From Azolla caroliniana (lineage: Eukaryota > Plantae > Polypodiophyta), in contig JBHGNT010000001.1 of NCBI GenBank assembly GCA_043228905.1, positions 31,062,001 through 31,126,000 on the forward strand: 64,000 bases of DNA. Reading direction: 5' to 3'. Below the pieces are notes generated by a model. It was not told the origin of the DNA and ran no database searches. It saw nothing but the letters and a program-made list of their open reading frames with translations. Below are positions 1 through 14,039 of this stretch, piece after piece. Position numbers and translations under genes: made by a program. Positions within the stretch are counted from its first letter, which is position 1, and every line of letters starts with the position of its first letter.

Positions 1-1560
1 AATCATACACCCTATCGAATACACCACAGGGTTATTCCTTATGGAACCACTATCTGTGATAATTACCAAGTGCCATACATTGACCATATTTTCATCAATG
101 GATTCTCATAATGCAAACAAATCATAGTTGTCCCTAAGGACCGACACAATACAACTTTTACTAGGGTGTTTGAAACTTTTCATAGAAACATATATTGTCC
201 AAGCTAACAAGTGCATTAACACTTATCAACACAAGCGGATCACATATTCACATTTATCCTCAACAAGGAAACAAAGTCACGTGTAGATGAACTATATTGC
301 AACCACACTTGGGGAAAGCACTTGACCATATGATGGGATATCGTTGAAACAAGTTGAGAGTATTTGTTATCATTGAACCCATTAACATGCCAAGATTGGT
401 TTAAGAATGACTTGATACTTGGACATGATACACATCACCATAATAGTACATATAAGGGGGAGGGAACTACATCAATGACCTACCTACTTGTGAAGCATCA
501 GTCTTTTCCGATTTACTTAAATTATCTAATCTTGGTGGTCCATGAATGTGTGTTATTCTACTTGATCCTATTATTATTACACTTGACGGAAAATTTTAAA
601 GATAAAGTTTCTAATCCCCAAAATACCTTTCATGTATATCCTATATTCATGCTAAGTTAAATTGTTATGTTTCTTGTCCTGTTTTCTTGGTATTACATGT
701 CTCATGTCAAATAGCAAATAATGCTCCAATCAGTTTATGAACCAATAAAGATATTGGGATGGATTTACAATAAGTATCACTTGGACAAAAATGTGGCACA
801 AACTTACGTCAATGACCCAGAAAAATAACTAATGCACCTATGCAAGATTTGAATACATGAGACATAACCATAGTTTGTCAGCATTGACAACTACTCATGA
901 CACAAGAAAAACTTCACTCTAAGTTCCAAGTTCTCCAACTTTGCCTCAACTTAAGAAATTTGTGAAAACATATAAACTTGATTGAAAGAAAATTTTGAGT
1001 CCATCTTTGGGAAATTTGGGTTATATTTGGAGAAATCCACAAGAACCTTGCAAATCATCAACCCACATCAACCTCACACAAATAAACAAAAAATTAGTAC
1101 AAATGAAGATTCATTAAAGCAAAATTTGGGAAATGAACATTGGAGCTAATCAAAGCCACCTCAACCACTCAGAGGTAGTCTATTGGGCAAAAAACCAAGG
1201 TTATTTTGACAATAATTTCATAGCGCTTTGATCTTAACCATTCAAACTGTTCTCTATTCTATTAAAAGAAACATGAACAAGAGGGAGCAGCCAATCGAAT
1301 GGTATGGGTGGGCCAAGGGCCGGTGCAAGAAATAGATATATATGTAGCAAGTTTTGGGCTCCATTCACCTCAAGGATGTTGTTCCAAGGTGTGCCATATC
1401 TTGATAATCTAGAAGGAAACTCATATAAAATATTAGAATACGAGGTCCAAAGAAGTAGCAGCTAGGTAACGTGAAAACCCACTTTTAGGCCACTAGAGGA
1501 TGTATTGAGCAAGATATGTAATGAAAGTTAAGGAATGTGGAAAGACCATTAACCACATCA
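1..1560 (+). mobile_element. Heavily degraded Ty3/gypsy-type pol remnant (reverse transcriptase region)
   Basis: Manual translation near 40-330 gives DNYQVPYIDHIF... and KQIIVVPKDRHNTTFTRVFETF, resembling the gypsy RT motifs DHFPLPFIDQ and NQIPIAPEDQEKTTFTCPWGTF. Many stops and frameshifts; the right boundary is approximate. Confidence 0.5.
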
Positions 1561-4500
1561 TATAGAGAGACCTTTTGTGATATATTGTTATTATCTTCTA
1601 AGTTTGTATGATTAAAACTCTCCTAAGCTTTGCACCTTAACATCACCATAAGACCTTCACCATAACTAATGGATAACACTTCCTTCACAAGATCTTTTAA
1701 CCATCTTTTTTATTGCATTTAATCCAAATGAAAAACAACACCTTACATCATCTTTGCCATATTCGTCTCTCTCTTTTTGCTCAACTTACTTAGGATAGGA
1801 TTGTGTTTAAGAACAAAGGATATCATCATCAAAGTTTATAAAACACTTCCATATATTAAATGTATTTGTGAACAAACTCAATCTTCACATCATATAATTT
1901 TTAGTGGAAAGGATAAAATAAGAAACACGAAAGTTTGCAAAGACTTTTTTGTTTTTGTTTTTGTTTTTTCTCGTATGTTTTTTCTTTAAAAACACATGAC
2001 AATCAAATCTAGTAATTAGTAAGCTCACTACTTTTCATGTAAACTTAGGAGAACCCACTAAGGTGCGTATTACTTCCCACGCCCTTAAGTTTTCATTATT
2101 TCTCTCAGTTGATTCCTTCCCCTTTCAAGAGACTGAATAAAAATGGAAACGAGCTGACCTCTCTGTTATCACATACATAATTGAGACTAAACTATCTAAA
2201 TTATAACCCAAAACAATAAATATCACATATCACATATAGTGCACAACATCATTGAGTTGAATTGATGAAAGTTGTTCAATGGGAAAAAACACTTCTTTAT
2301 CTTCCTTCTCATTAAAGAAATGGGAACCCTGGAAAAAACCCAAAGTTTTTCTTTCTAAATGTCGTAAGTTTTTGTTATTTGGAAAAGAATGAAAAGAGGG
2401 ATGAGCTAATCTTAATAGCACATGCCATTGAGTTGAATTAGCCTACTTATGCACTCTAGATGCATAGATAGGTTATCACATCTCAAATTTGGACTTGACT
2501 TTTGCGCTATGCATGATTAGGTTGTTCGAGTTTTCGTAGACCTTCAAAGATCCTTGAATGACATTTGAGATTTAAGGCTAGAGAAATTCATGCATTCCCC
2601 TATTTTTTAGTGTGCAATTATGATATGCATATGTAGAGGCTTCATTCTAGAGTATTATCCATACTAAAATGGGGTGCAAATAGATTTAGTGTGTTGCCTT
2701 GTGAGTGGATGCACACCAATACTTGATCCTCCATGTGACCTTCATATTTCACTAGTGGAGATATGATGCTCAATATTTGGCACCACATCACCTCTAATCT
2801 TGAAACTTGTTTGTTTTCTTAGCATCAAAAGATGAGCATATTCGCAACTCATTGAATTTTTCCAAAGAATGACTCCACAATCTCAAAACAATGTCAGCGT
2901 GTGAGTTTACGTCACTATCCATAACAAGTTGATAAAATGATTCCCTAGATGTAAGTGGTTTAAGAGTATAGAAAACCTTGTTGTGCATTGAGAGTTATGC
3001 GGTGTGACTAGTTCTTCACACGTTGATTAACTAATTTGGAAGCATCATTGAGGAGTGTAACAAGTGGTTATGATAATGGTGTACCATGTGCACACATCCA
3101 TCTCAGTTGCACAACATGTCTAATGAATTATGAAATCACACATTTTCTAATTTGGTATAGAATGATGAGCGAGACCGCCAATAATTTGCATAGTTTTTAG
3201 TAGTTTAGGAATTAGAACAAGATACGACGAGTGTAATTTCATTTATTAAGTTCTTATCATTTTAGGAGTTTATTTACATGCAAATCTATTTTTATAAGCT
3301 CTCAAGATGTTGTGCTAAGAATGTCCTTAATTTGTTTGACTTGAACTTTCATTTTCTTTAATATAAATTACACATACTGAGAGAATATTGCACTTGATAT
3401 ATTGGGGTTGATTTGGACTTGCCTTGTATATTACGATTAGTGTTATCAAGAGCGAGAGGTGCTCATACCAATCTTCTCTCCCTTAGGAACAAAATAGAGA
3501 AACTTTTAATTGCGTATAAGCCACACTTATTGCACTCACTAATAGATTGGGTCCAAATTAGTCCCTCACCTATTATGGGCCATCCCCTCGGGCCATCCCT
3601 AAATCTACACATTTGTTTTCTAAATAACAATTTATATAACCCATTCTATCATATATAGATAGATACACCTCTTTAAGCTTATAAATTTTCAAGGGGAACA
3701 ACAATGGATTTTTGCTAGAGCCTAACTAGTGAGTTGTCATAAAATATATACATATTCCATCAATCTAATAATATTCTAGAGTATATATTGTTAATGCACA
3801 TGGTTTGGTCTCAATAGGCAACACGTGCACTAATGTCGGTAACAAACCACAAAGAATACTATAGAATATCCAACATTTAAAACAATTGTGAGTTGTGTTA
3901 ATGATTCATTATTGCATTCTCAGTATGCAACCCTTCACGCAAAGAAGAGACAATGTTTAGAATAGCAGACCCAACCCTTATTGATGTTGAGAGATAAAGA
4001 GAGTGAGAGAGACCTCTGAATTAGACCATGCTAGCAATTATGAAGGGTCTCCTATAATATTAATATAAAGCCCTCGAGTTTGTTTAGAGGGAGAGAGAGA
4101 TAATGATGATGATGATGATTTTTCAACATCCTAATGTTGAAAGAAAGAGAAAGAGAGTTTACTCTCCATGACGTGAGCGGTGCAAATAAAACAAGTGCTT
4201 GTGCATGTGTAGGTAATTTTTAAAAGTCCAAAGGGAATACTTTACCTCAACTTCTCCACTTTTTGTATCATTGACAATATGATATCCACAATTACGTTAC
4301 TATTCCACACATGTTTTATGAGTTATGGACGTAAATCAATAACTGCACGATATGTCGATTGGAAACTTTGGTTCACATGACACAATGTGCACTTACAATA
4401 GTTAAGCAGTGTTCTTGATTTTGCCTTGCATGTGCATATTATTGTGAATGCACACAAAGAAAGGTTTCTTAATATATGTAGTAGCGCGAAAGTACAAGTA

Positions 4501-5677
4501 TACTTCTCTAAGTTACAACTCATAGTGCTAAGGAGGTTGATCTAATTATTATTATTATTGCATTATCTACACAAATAATTTGGGTTTGTCCATGGTCAAA
4601 CACCAGATTTCCGGTTTCCAAATGACTATTTCAAATGTTTTCTTTAGACATCTAACAACTTTTGAAAAGGATGAAAAATCAATCAATCTTGTACGAACTA
4701 TATAAAAAAATGCATGCGAGAAGTTTTGAAAGTGGATTACTAAGCATTGAGCACATTTTTTTTATTTTGTCTATTTTCTTCATAAAGTCAAAACTTTAGG
4801 GGGTTTTCTTTGTAAATAATTTGAGATTTATAGGAAAAACATTACAATCACAAAAGGAGGGTAGAATAGCTAGGCATCATCATCATTGTCTTTTTATAAA
4901 TAGAAAAATATTGAAGGGAGAGATATCATTTCAATATCCGTGTAGTGTAGATGTGCACATGACATAAGGCAATATTATGATCTAGTCTCAATTATTAATA
5001 ATCTTGTCCGTTATTCTTACATTCGTCAAAAAGATTAACGAGATCCATGTAAGAGGGGATGCCAACACTCTATTGTGCATAACTAATTGAGACAAGTTTT
5101 TTTATGAATGTTTTAACTAGAATACTTTAACTAAATGCCCAAGAAGCTCTTGGACTCAAAATTCCAACATAGTAGTCACTAGCTTTGTTATTTCCTACCC
5201 CTATAGATTATTTTTTCTTTGGGATAGTGGGGGCACTGTGATAACCGGGACTAATCATACTAGCTTTGATTCAACCTTCCACCTTTGCTTATACATTGTG
5301 TCGGTGCAGATTTCGCTAAAGGCATATCCAACCCAGCTAGTTGGGATGTTTGAACTGAATATAGCAATTGCACACTAATATGCACGCTTAAATCCTTAGG
5401 TGTCGAGTGTTGGAAGTAATATGGTTGAAGTCAAAGGGGAAAAAATTATAGTAATATACAAGGCCAAGAGACACATGAGGAAGTTGACTTTCTTGGAGGG
5501 GAGGGGTTGTCTTTAGCCAATTAAATTTAATTAATGAAGAGCATGGTTTATCACTTTACCCTACATATAAAGCTTTGGTTATTGAATTTATCAGAATTCA
5601 TGGATTATTTAGGGATGGACTTGCTAATCACAACATTATAACCACAATTTTTTGCTAGAGATTATGAATTAAACCCA

Positions 5678-6604
5678 ATGAAAAGAGATCAAGAGCCATG
5701 TACCTCTAACATTTCCTATCCTTACTATGGCAGTGGAGAGGAAGTGGTCAAGAGGATCAAGAAGACTAATACCAATGTTCCAAACAAGAGCCCGATTGTG
5801 AGGGTGGTGGAAGTTCAAGCCCCTATTCGTGTCAATGCAAACTTATCCAATTTTCGGGACTTGGTGCAACACTTCACAGGGAATTCATCAATATCTTCAA
5901 CAATTTCTTCTCATAATCTCTATTGCTTAGATGACATAACTCAATTACATGATATTGGCCACCATCCTACTCCCATCCTTACAACCAACCAATGTCCTCC
6001 ATCATCCCATGACCATTCAAATGATCATGTTGATACTATCCCACCTCATGAATCAAACTCGGGCCTCTCCCATGTTTTTACATCTTTGAAAGACTATAAT
6101 TATGATCTTTGCACTAGCCCACATGAATCAAATTCTAGCATTTCCAATATTTTCACATCTTTAGAAGACCTACATGCCAATCATGTTGATCCATATGCTC
6201 TAGGTGAAGATGATGCCCATCAAGATGTGGTTGATCATTATCATGATGGATCACGTATTGATGAACGTTGTTTAGTCAATGATCATATAATTACCCATCA
6301 CATTGATATCGTCGATCATGCTCCAAAACATAATAATGTCAATCATGCTCCAAAACATAATGATATCAATCATGCTCCAAAACATCATGATGTCAATCAA
6401 GTGCTAGATGGTGTCGGCTCTAAGTATGTTTCCACTACAGCTATCACCTTTTGTAATTACCAATCATATACCTCTAAGTATCCTTCACTTTCTTATATCA
6501 TACCTGGAGGTTCCTCATGCTCACCATTCACCTTTGGTGATGTTGAGGTTAGCTCCTGCTTTACTGATCTTAATCCAGATTTATATTGTGATCTAAGATC
6601 CTAA
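5678..6604 (+). CDS. VQ motif-containing protein (single exon, 308 aa)
   Basis: Intact ATG-to-stop ORF with ...PIRVNANLSNFRDLVQHFTG, matching the FxxhVQxhTG motif and its upstream context. Intronless, as is typical of VQ genes. Confidence 0.85.
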   Translation: MKRDQEPCTSNISYPYYGSGEEVVKRIKKTNTNVPNKSPIVRVVEVQAPIRVNANLSNFRDLVQHFTGNSSISSTISSHNLYCLDDITQLHDIGHHPTPILTTNQCPPSSHDHSNDHVDTIPPHESNSGLSHVFTSLKDYNYDLCTSPHESNSSISNIFTSLEDLHANHVDPYALGEDDAHQDVVDHYHDGSRIDERCLVNDHIITHHIDIVDHAPKHNNVNHAPKHNDINHAPKHHDVNQVLDGVGSKYVSTTAITFCNYQSYTSKYPSLSYIIPGGSSCSPFTFGDVEVSSCFTDLNPDLYCDLRS

Positions 6605-8589
6605 CAAACTTCTTCCGGGTGGGAGATGTCCATAGTACATACTCTTCATTTGTCCATATGTCATCTCTTAATCAATATTAGTCAAAAATTAATTTCTTGT
6701 CCAATAATTGAACTTCAAAGCTCTCTCTCAACATGTTATTTTATCAGTTACCAAGCATAATGGAGATCAAACATTGTTTTATGCTTTGCATTTGAAAATT
6801 ATACACTAGGTGCTCTGAATTATATTCAATGTCATGGAAAACAAATTTTGTCTTTGTATTATTTATATTGAATTTTTTCCACTACAAGATCATTCATCGT
6901 GTTTGCCCATTCTATTGTTTTGGGTTGGTAGAATCAACAAGGACTAAGTCTTTGGCCAAAGAAACTAGCTATGGCGATCAATATGTTTGATCGACAATGA
7001 ATAGTTATCAAATCTAATATCATAGTGCCCTACACAAGAGCTCTTCACCACTCACCAAATCCATGCCTCCATGAAAATTCACACTTTCACTCATAAGAAT
7101 TATCATGTGTATAAAAGAAACCAATCCTCATTCCATGACTTGCAAATGGTTAACCATACTTTACATTCCAAGTACTCTCCTCTAGCAATGTAAAAATGAT
7201 CATCCTTATCTCTTTTGTATACCTCACATATGCATACATGTATGTGTGTATAATTATCCTAAAAAAGTTGGCCATAAGTATACGTCACCCCAATACTACA
7301 TGCAATATGATGTGGTCGATGGAGTACTTGTGGTCATGGATTCTTGGGGAGACAACTTTATTCCTTAGCCTTAACTATGATTGCCTTTAGGAATATGTAC
7401 ATGGGTGCACAAAAGACACATAAATTCACATAAGGGATGTTTCACATTGTCAACAACTTTACTAATTCTAATGGAGTTTTCACATCTTCAAGCAAGTACA
7501 TGGTCTAAAGGTGAACCAAATGGATAGAAAGTTAATGTGTTACTAATTGCATTAAATTCTGGCCTTCCTATCTATAGAAACTACTATTCTTATCTTGTGG
7601 TATCCAGAAGCATGAATTTTATGACCATTCTGGCAATGTGCATGATGAATATACATTAAATCAACACGATTAAAGGATGGCTAATCACATATAGCATATT
7701 AATGTCTATATGTACATGGGCTATAGCCTTCATAGGAAGATAGTTTTTATAAATCATTAATATCTTTAATTATGCATCATCAACAATTTCATAGAAAGCC
7801 ATCCCTATATATTATAGCATAATTTGAATGTTGATAAGAGTGAATACGGGAGTCTTACTAGGAATTGTTCTCATTGACTTCAATGCACCATCAACATGTG
7901 GTCATTTTATCAATAGATTTAACTAGGCATAGGATCTTTATGGAGGTGGTTTTAACCTTCTTCTTATATTTTATCAAGAGAGCAAATTAAGGTTGAGATT
8001 GAGAAAGTGGAGGTCATTGGATAGGTTGAGCTCATTAACAAAGCAACATACCATATGGTTGTAGAATTGAAGTTAAATTAAATAATGGGTTTTGGTTATG
8101 TATTTGGAACCAATGGATTATTCTCGTGTGATTAAACTACACTTTTCGACATATTTTGACGAGTTTATTTGTGGTTGTTACGAAGGTATGTCTTGAGGGG
8201 ACGCATGCGACACCAAATATTACAAACGTTTTAACAAGGGTAGATATATGGAAAATATTTTGATAAACCAAGCTTCATGAAGGAGACATGCAATATTGTT
8301 CAAAAGTACATCCTTGATAATTGACCATTTAGCCAAATATGCCTAGGAAACCAACAACTTGATTATCATCTCATGCACGTGACTATGATCTAACAAGCCA
8401 AATTACAAATCGTTACATGACTATCTCTTAGTTGGAAGAAGATATACATCTTTAATTCCTAACAATGTCAGAATTATTCTACCTTGGAATATTCCATGAT
8501 TTTAACACAACTTTAAGGCAATGATTTTGTTTCAGCCCTTGAGATAAAGGCAAGGAGGTTATGACCCATGGAAAGTGACTTGTAAAGTG

Positions 8590-8960
8590 ACGTTTTTGGG
8601 ATCTATTTATTACACAACCATATTTTAGGTGCCAACTATTACACAACCATATTTTTGGGCGCAAAATATTATATGACCATATTTTTAGGAGCAAACTACA
8701 AGTGAAAGCAATGTCGTTGTAGAAAGTGATTAATGAAATTTTCCTGGCATAATATTGCTAAAGAACATAGCTATACCTTTAGGCATAAACAATTAGTCAT
8801 GACAATGATGTTGTGGATTCTAAGAGCTATCACAAAAAATATGGCCATATTCTTAGGAGCAAACGATTAGTTTTGGCAATAGTGTTTCGGATCCTATCAA
8901 CTATAGGACCATACTTTTAGGAGCAAATAACTACTAGTTATGGCATTGTATTGTTGAAGG
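8590..8960. repeat. Degenerate short direct repeats (ACCATATTTTT[AG]GG[AT]GC core)
   Basis: The core recurs at about 8617, 8647, 8676, 8845 and 8908. Confidence 0.55.
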
Positions 8961-10289
8961 CGATCACAATATTTCTCGTGGCGAAATGTTACAAGCATAA
9001 GCATTTTCATGATAAACGCACACATTGAACCCTTATGTAAATGCTAGAACCCACAATCTTTATTTAACAAATAACTTGGCCATCAATAATCAATGACCTA
9101 TCATTAGCTTTAGGGGTGCTCAAAGTATTTATATGATGCATAAACCATGTTTTCGCGTTGTAATTTTGCAAGCAATGTCTCATCATTTATGCAAATCTAT
9201 AAGTAATATTGCTCATGTTGGCGGTCATAGTATGAACCATACGTACCATACGTGCATTCGCATTAGTGAATGTTCCAATCATTCGTGTAAGAAAAACACC
9301 CTCAAAGAATGATAAATACCATACTTTTCGATTAACTATTTATTATGAGGTAAATAAGCCTAAAAAATGAAAAAAAACAAAAAAACATTAAAAAAATGAA
9401 AAAAAACACAACAATGTTTGAATAACATTTGCATTCGTTTTCCAACGTAGGAAAACGAATGTTATGCTAGACAAACACGAATTTTACGTACTATGTTGGT
9501 GGTGCTCTTTTTCTCCATAGATGCCATTGTATGAATAATGGTTTAGAGATCTTACATTTCTATATCTTCATGATGAAACATTATAAAATAGTGGAAATTA
9601 GTCATGACTCATGATGTTCATATATTGAAAAAAGCAGGATTGTCTCTTTGAAATTATGTGTTGAAAACACCTAAATATCCGCCTCAAATTATAATAAATG
9701 GTAAAATTAATAAAGACGACCTATTCATGTTGTCAATGACAACGAAAAAGCAACATTAATTAAGGTTTACAAAAGTAGTTGTGGCAGAAGTTAAATATCC
9801 TCATAGCTTTATGACAACGACTAATGAGTTGAATTATAAAGGATATTGTTGATCTTGATCATAGTTTAATTATTGAATTTCATATGTTTATTTTCTTTTA
9901 AGATTGTGATGTTTGCTCTTATGGATATCATCATCGCCTAATAGGTAAAGTGGTTGGGTTGTTAAAACACTCTCTCAAGTTGAAAAATGTTCCCAAAGTT
10001 TATTTGGAATCCCTCATGGAAGGTGAACTTGGATAAACAGTTTGACAATCAAATAAAATTGACACGACATTTTGTCAACCTACCTTTGGACTTTGTCCTT
10101 AGACTCTATATTGATTGTCCACTGATCCATGATTTCTAGCTTGAGTATTTATGACTCGCAACCCAATATGAGGAAAAGGGATATTGCAATCTAAATGTTA
10201 TAAAATTTCGCCATTGTTGCTCCATATAACGACGTACCATAGGAACTAGTCTTTCACATCCACACCAACACCTAAGTCATTTTATGATG

Positions 10290-11790
10290 TGAATTTTGAA
10301 ACATGACATTTTGTGCTCTTCAAAGTTGACACGAGAACAATGATTAACGCTAACTCAACGCCACGATCCATCACTTTTGTGATGCGAAAGATGACTTTTC
10401 ATGTTTCACAAAGACAATGCAAGATCAAGGAAGATGGAAGTTAAAGTCAAACATGGGATGTTGAACTCCAACAACATTATCTTGTCATCGAAGTAGCTTT
10501 GGGATGCAATCATTTTTACATGAAATATATCTTTGTGAGAATTACAAAGTCAATGCAATATTGTTAAGGTAATAAAAACTCAAAATATTTGTGATTAAAC
10601 TAATATGACATTTTTTCAACCTCCAAACCTATTGATCTTGGTGACTAAGTAGCATGGACATATTCCCTCTAAAATCCACCAATCTCGTGATGTGAAAAAT
10701 AACTTCGTCATGAATCACACATTCAAGACAATATCAAGGGGAAGTTAAGAAAAGATGAATATTTATGATTAAACTAATACAATGTTGTTTCAATCTCAAG
10801 TATAATCATTGATTCATGCTATCAAGTAGTGGATTATGTGATCCATGCTGTTGAACTTTGACCAACTTAAATCCAAAGGCTCCACTTGTTCAACAAATTG
10901 CCAAGTTTGAAATAGTGTTCATGAAAAAAATCATGAATCACAATGTTGAAACTTGACATGAGATTAATGGGGAAGGGGGGAACACTATAAAAACTCAAAC
11001 ATATGTGATTGAACTAGTATGACATTTTTGTAGCCTCTAGTGTCATTGTTTCATAAGGCTAAGTAGCATGGGCATAGTCTAGAGGCTTGGCATAATTTCT
11101 TGATGTGAAACATGACTTTCCATGAATCAAATTTCAAACAAGATCAAGGAAGGAGGAAAATAACAAAAACTTGATCTTTCAAGATTAAACCAATCCAAGA
11201 TTGTTTGAACTTTGAGTATCATTGGTTCCTACTATTGAGTAGTGGAATATGTCATCCATGGTGCTCAACTTTGACCAACCTAAATCCACTAGCTAGCTAT
11301 TTAGTGAATCACCAAGTCGACAATAGTGGTTGTGAAAAAACATTTTGTGAACCACGGAGTCAACATGAGATTTATTAAGGGAGGGGAACGCAATAAGAAC
11401 TTCATACATGTTATTAAATTGATGTCACATTTTTCTGTCTCTAGTACCATTGAGCCTTAATATCAATCCATAAATTTCTTGATTTGAAATGAAACTATTT
11501 GTTAATCACTATTGGTAGACAATATCAACAAAGGGTGAAGGTAAGAAAAACTTGAACTTTTGCGACTAAACCAAACAGAACTAGTATAGTTTAAACCCCA
11601 ATGTCATATATCCCTAAATACTAATTAGTCTTAGAGCAGTGTGTGGTCCACGGTGTGCAACATTGACCAATGATTAAAAGTGAAGTAGCATTATTTTACA
11701 ATATTGTCGGAGTGACATCGATCCTTGTTGCTAAGTAGCGGAGTACATTTAGAAGAATGAAGTGCAAGGTACTCAACATTGACCAACGTA
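10290..11790. repeat. Degenerate long-period tandem repeat (about 410 bp period)
   Basis: AAAACTCAAA..ATGTGATT.AACTA.TATGACATTTT...AAGTAGCATGG recurs at about 10575 and 10990, more weakly at about 11395. ATCCATG.TG...AACTTTGACCAAC.TAAATCC occurs at about 10841 and 11254. Confidence 0.7.
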
Positions 11791-12704
11791 AGAATGAGGA
11801 ATCAAGTTTGTTTTTTGGGAGACTGACCAACCAACCAAGGGCAACAAGAAAGGTGAGCAGAAACCATTGTTTGTCTCGACCAAACAAAGAGTATGGTGAT
11901 GGATGGATGGTGGCAAGTGGATAGACCAAAGTGGAGACAGACGTGCGTACACACACATAGACAAAGGGGAAATCAATGAATATGCAACATAATAGTTTTC
12001 CCACTACTCATGATTCTAGTTGACAAGGTAGTTCAAACAAGAGAGGGACCTCAGAAAGCTCCTTGGCAATGACAATTTAGAGATAAGGGATTAACCCTTC
12101 AACTTCACTTTGATTAAGTGGGACGAGTTGTAAATCCATTGCACTCTTGAGGTTTTCTTCTCATAGGACGGCCTAAGCAAAAGGTTTCTGTAGATGGTCC
12201 TAGGGATGTGGTGCATCAAAACCCATGTGCAACATTGGAACATGCTTTGACTAGTTTCATGGCATCAGTTCTTTATAGGAGCAAGTGCACCCATCACATT
12301 TTTTATTCATTGAAAGTGGTAACGTGAAATGCGAAACCCTGGACGTATAGATTGAATCTATTGCTTGTCTTTTAAAGTTGCTCCATCGATAGGTTGATGA
12401 ATTTCTCAAATTATTGAGGGTTAGAGAGGGATTCGAACAGCAGGTGCATATGAATTGTACAATGAGAGGGGCATATTCTCCTTATAAGAGGTATGTATTA
12501 TGGGAAACTTTGTTAAGTAGAGAATGTGATATAATATGTGTAGTTAAGCATATGTATCATGAGTGAGCAAGTTCCACAATTCATTTACGTGGATATTCAT
12601 CTTTGTATGTAGCGCATCTTAGTAATCATTATTCAAGTTTGGTATTAATTGTGTTGGATAAGTATTATCCTCAAGTTGTGCATAAGGATCCTTATTGTTA
12701 GTCT

Positions 12705-13080
12705 TTGGTTATAGAAATCACTTATTTTTGTAAGGTTGTATGGTTAGTGAGGATTTATGCCCCTAACCAAGCCACTCAACATACTGCATTATGGAGTTCA
12801 CTCCCCTTTGGATTACTTATGAGTGATTTTAACATGTGCATTGATTCATCTCAATCTATGTCACAAGATTCAACCATAGATGATCCTAAGCAAACTGCTT
12901 GTGTTTCATTAGCTATGGAAGTTCTTACGTTGATGTATGGACATGGTTGCATGGGCCTAATCCAAGTTTTACTTTCTAATCTACACAACACCTGCATACT
13001 TAAGTTTTTGTTGCAATTCATGTAAGGCCTCTAGGGTCAATTTTTGAGGCTCTGCATGCTCTAGTTTTGAAGTGTGCCAT
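12705..13080 (+). mobile_element. L1-type LINE fragment, APE endonuclease region
   Basis: The ORF contains IYAPN...ALWSSLP...LLMSDFNM, matching the L1 endonuclease motifs NIYAPN and GDFN. Confidence 0.65.
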
Positions 13081-14039
13081 AAAGTCTTTTATTTTTTATT
13101 TTTAAAGAAGCGCCTTAGATTATTACTTGAGAGTTGTACATAGAGAAAACAGAAGGAGACATTTCATCTCACTTCTATTGTGATACAAAGGCTAGTATAA
13201 GCATCTAGTCAAACAAATGATGTCATATATGAAACAAGTGGGGCAATAACTATGAGTTATGCAACAAAAAAGAAGGTATGGTATAATTCCACCTAAAACC
13301 AGAAGTTGTGTCCAAAAATAAGTGAAGCCCTTGCCATCATTTCTTTAAGGCCACTTTGATGTTGCCATAGAACATTAGTTGAACCCTGCAGATCATCATA
13401 TTGACCACGTATTGTGTGAACAAATAACATCCAGAATTCAATAAGCATGGTGCGGAGATGTATGTGAGCATTGTTAAAAACAACATCACATCCCACTTTC
13501 CATATTAGCTAAGGATCCAATGACATAATAATATGCGAAATAACCATATTTTCAATTCAGAACTGTTGAATAGAAGATGGAAATGAGTCATGAGTTGGTG
13601 AGGGAGTTTTTTACACTAATATGTTTGTTGTCTATATGTCAGGATGCTTGATGGAATCTGAAAATGGACAGATGGTTGATGTTGAAAACGAAGCAAATTT
13701 TCTATAAAGATGGTGTTGGAGGGTCAAGCAGATTTTTATGAGTGTCTAAGGAGAGTGATTCATTCAATTTTTTGATGGTGTAGGGGTTGAAGCATACTTT
13801 CATGAGGGGAGAAGGAGAGCACATTGGATGTTGGTCATCGCGTCTTCCAATCTCAAGGACCTTCGTAGTAAAAGATGACATTGTTGATATGGACAACGAA
13901 GCACATTATCTATTTCTGACAAGGATGAGTGACAATGGTGTCAGGGGAAGAAGCATAATTTCATGAGGGGATCCGAGAGTAGTGTCATTATGTTTTTTGT
14001 ATGTACAAGGCTTTGGTGGTCTACGATGAGAGATGGTTG

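Noticed and set aside
3459-3703. Possible PBS (GCTCATACCA) and LTR end (GGGGAACAACA) on the minus strand
   Set aside because: The PBS match is imperfect and no partner LTR or TSD could be identified.
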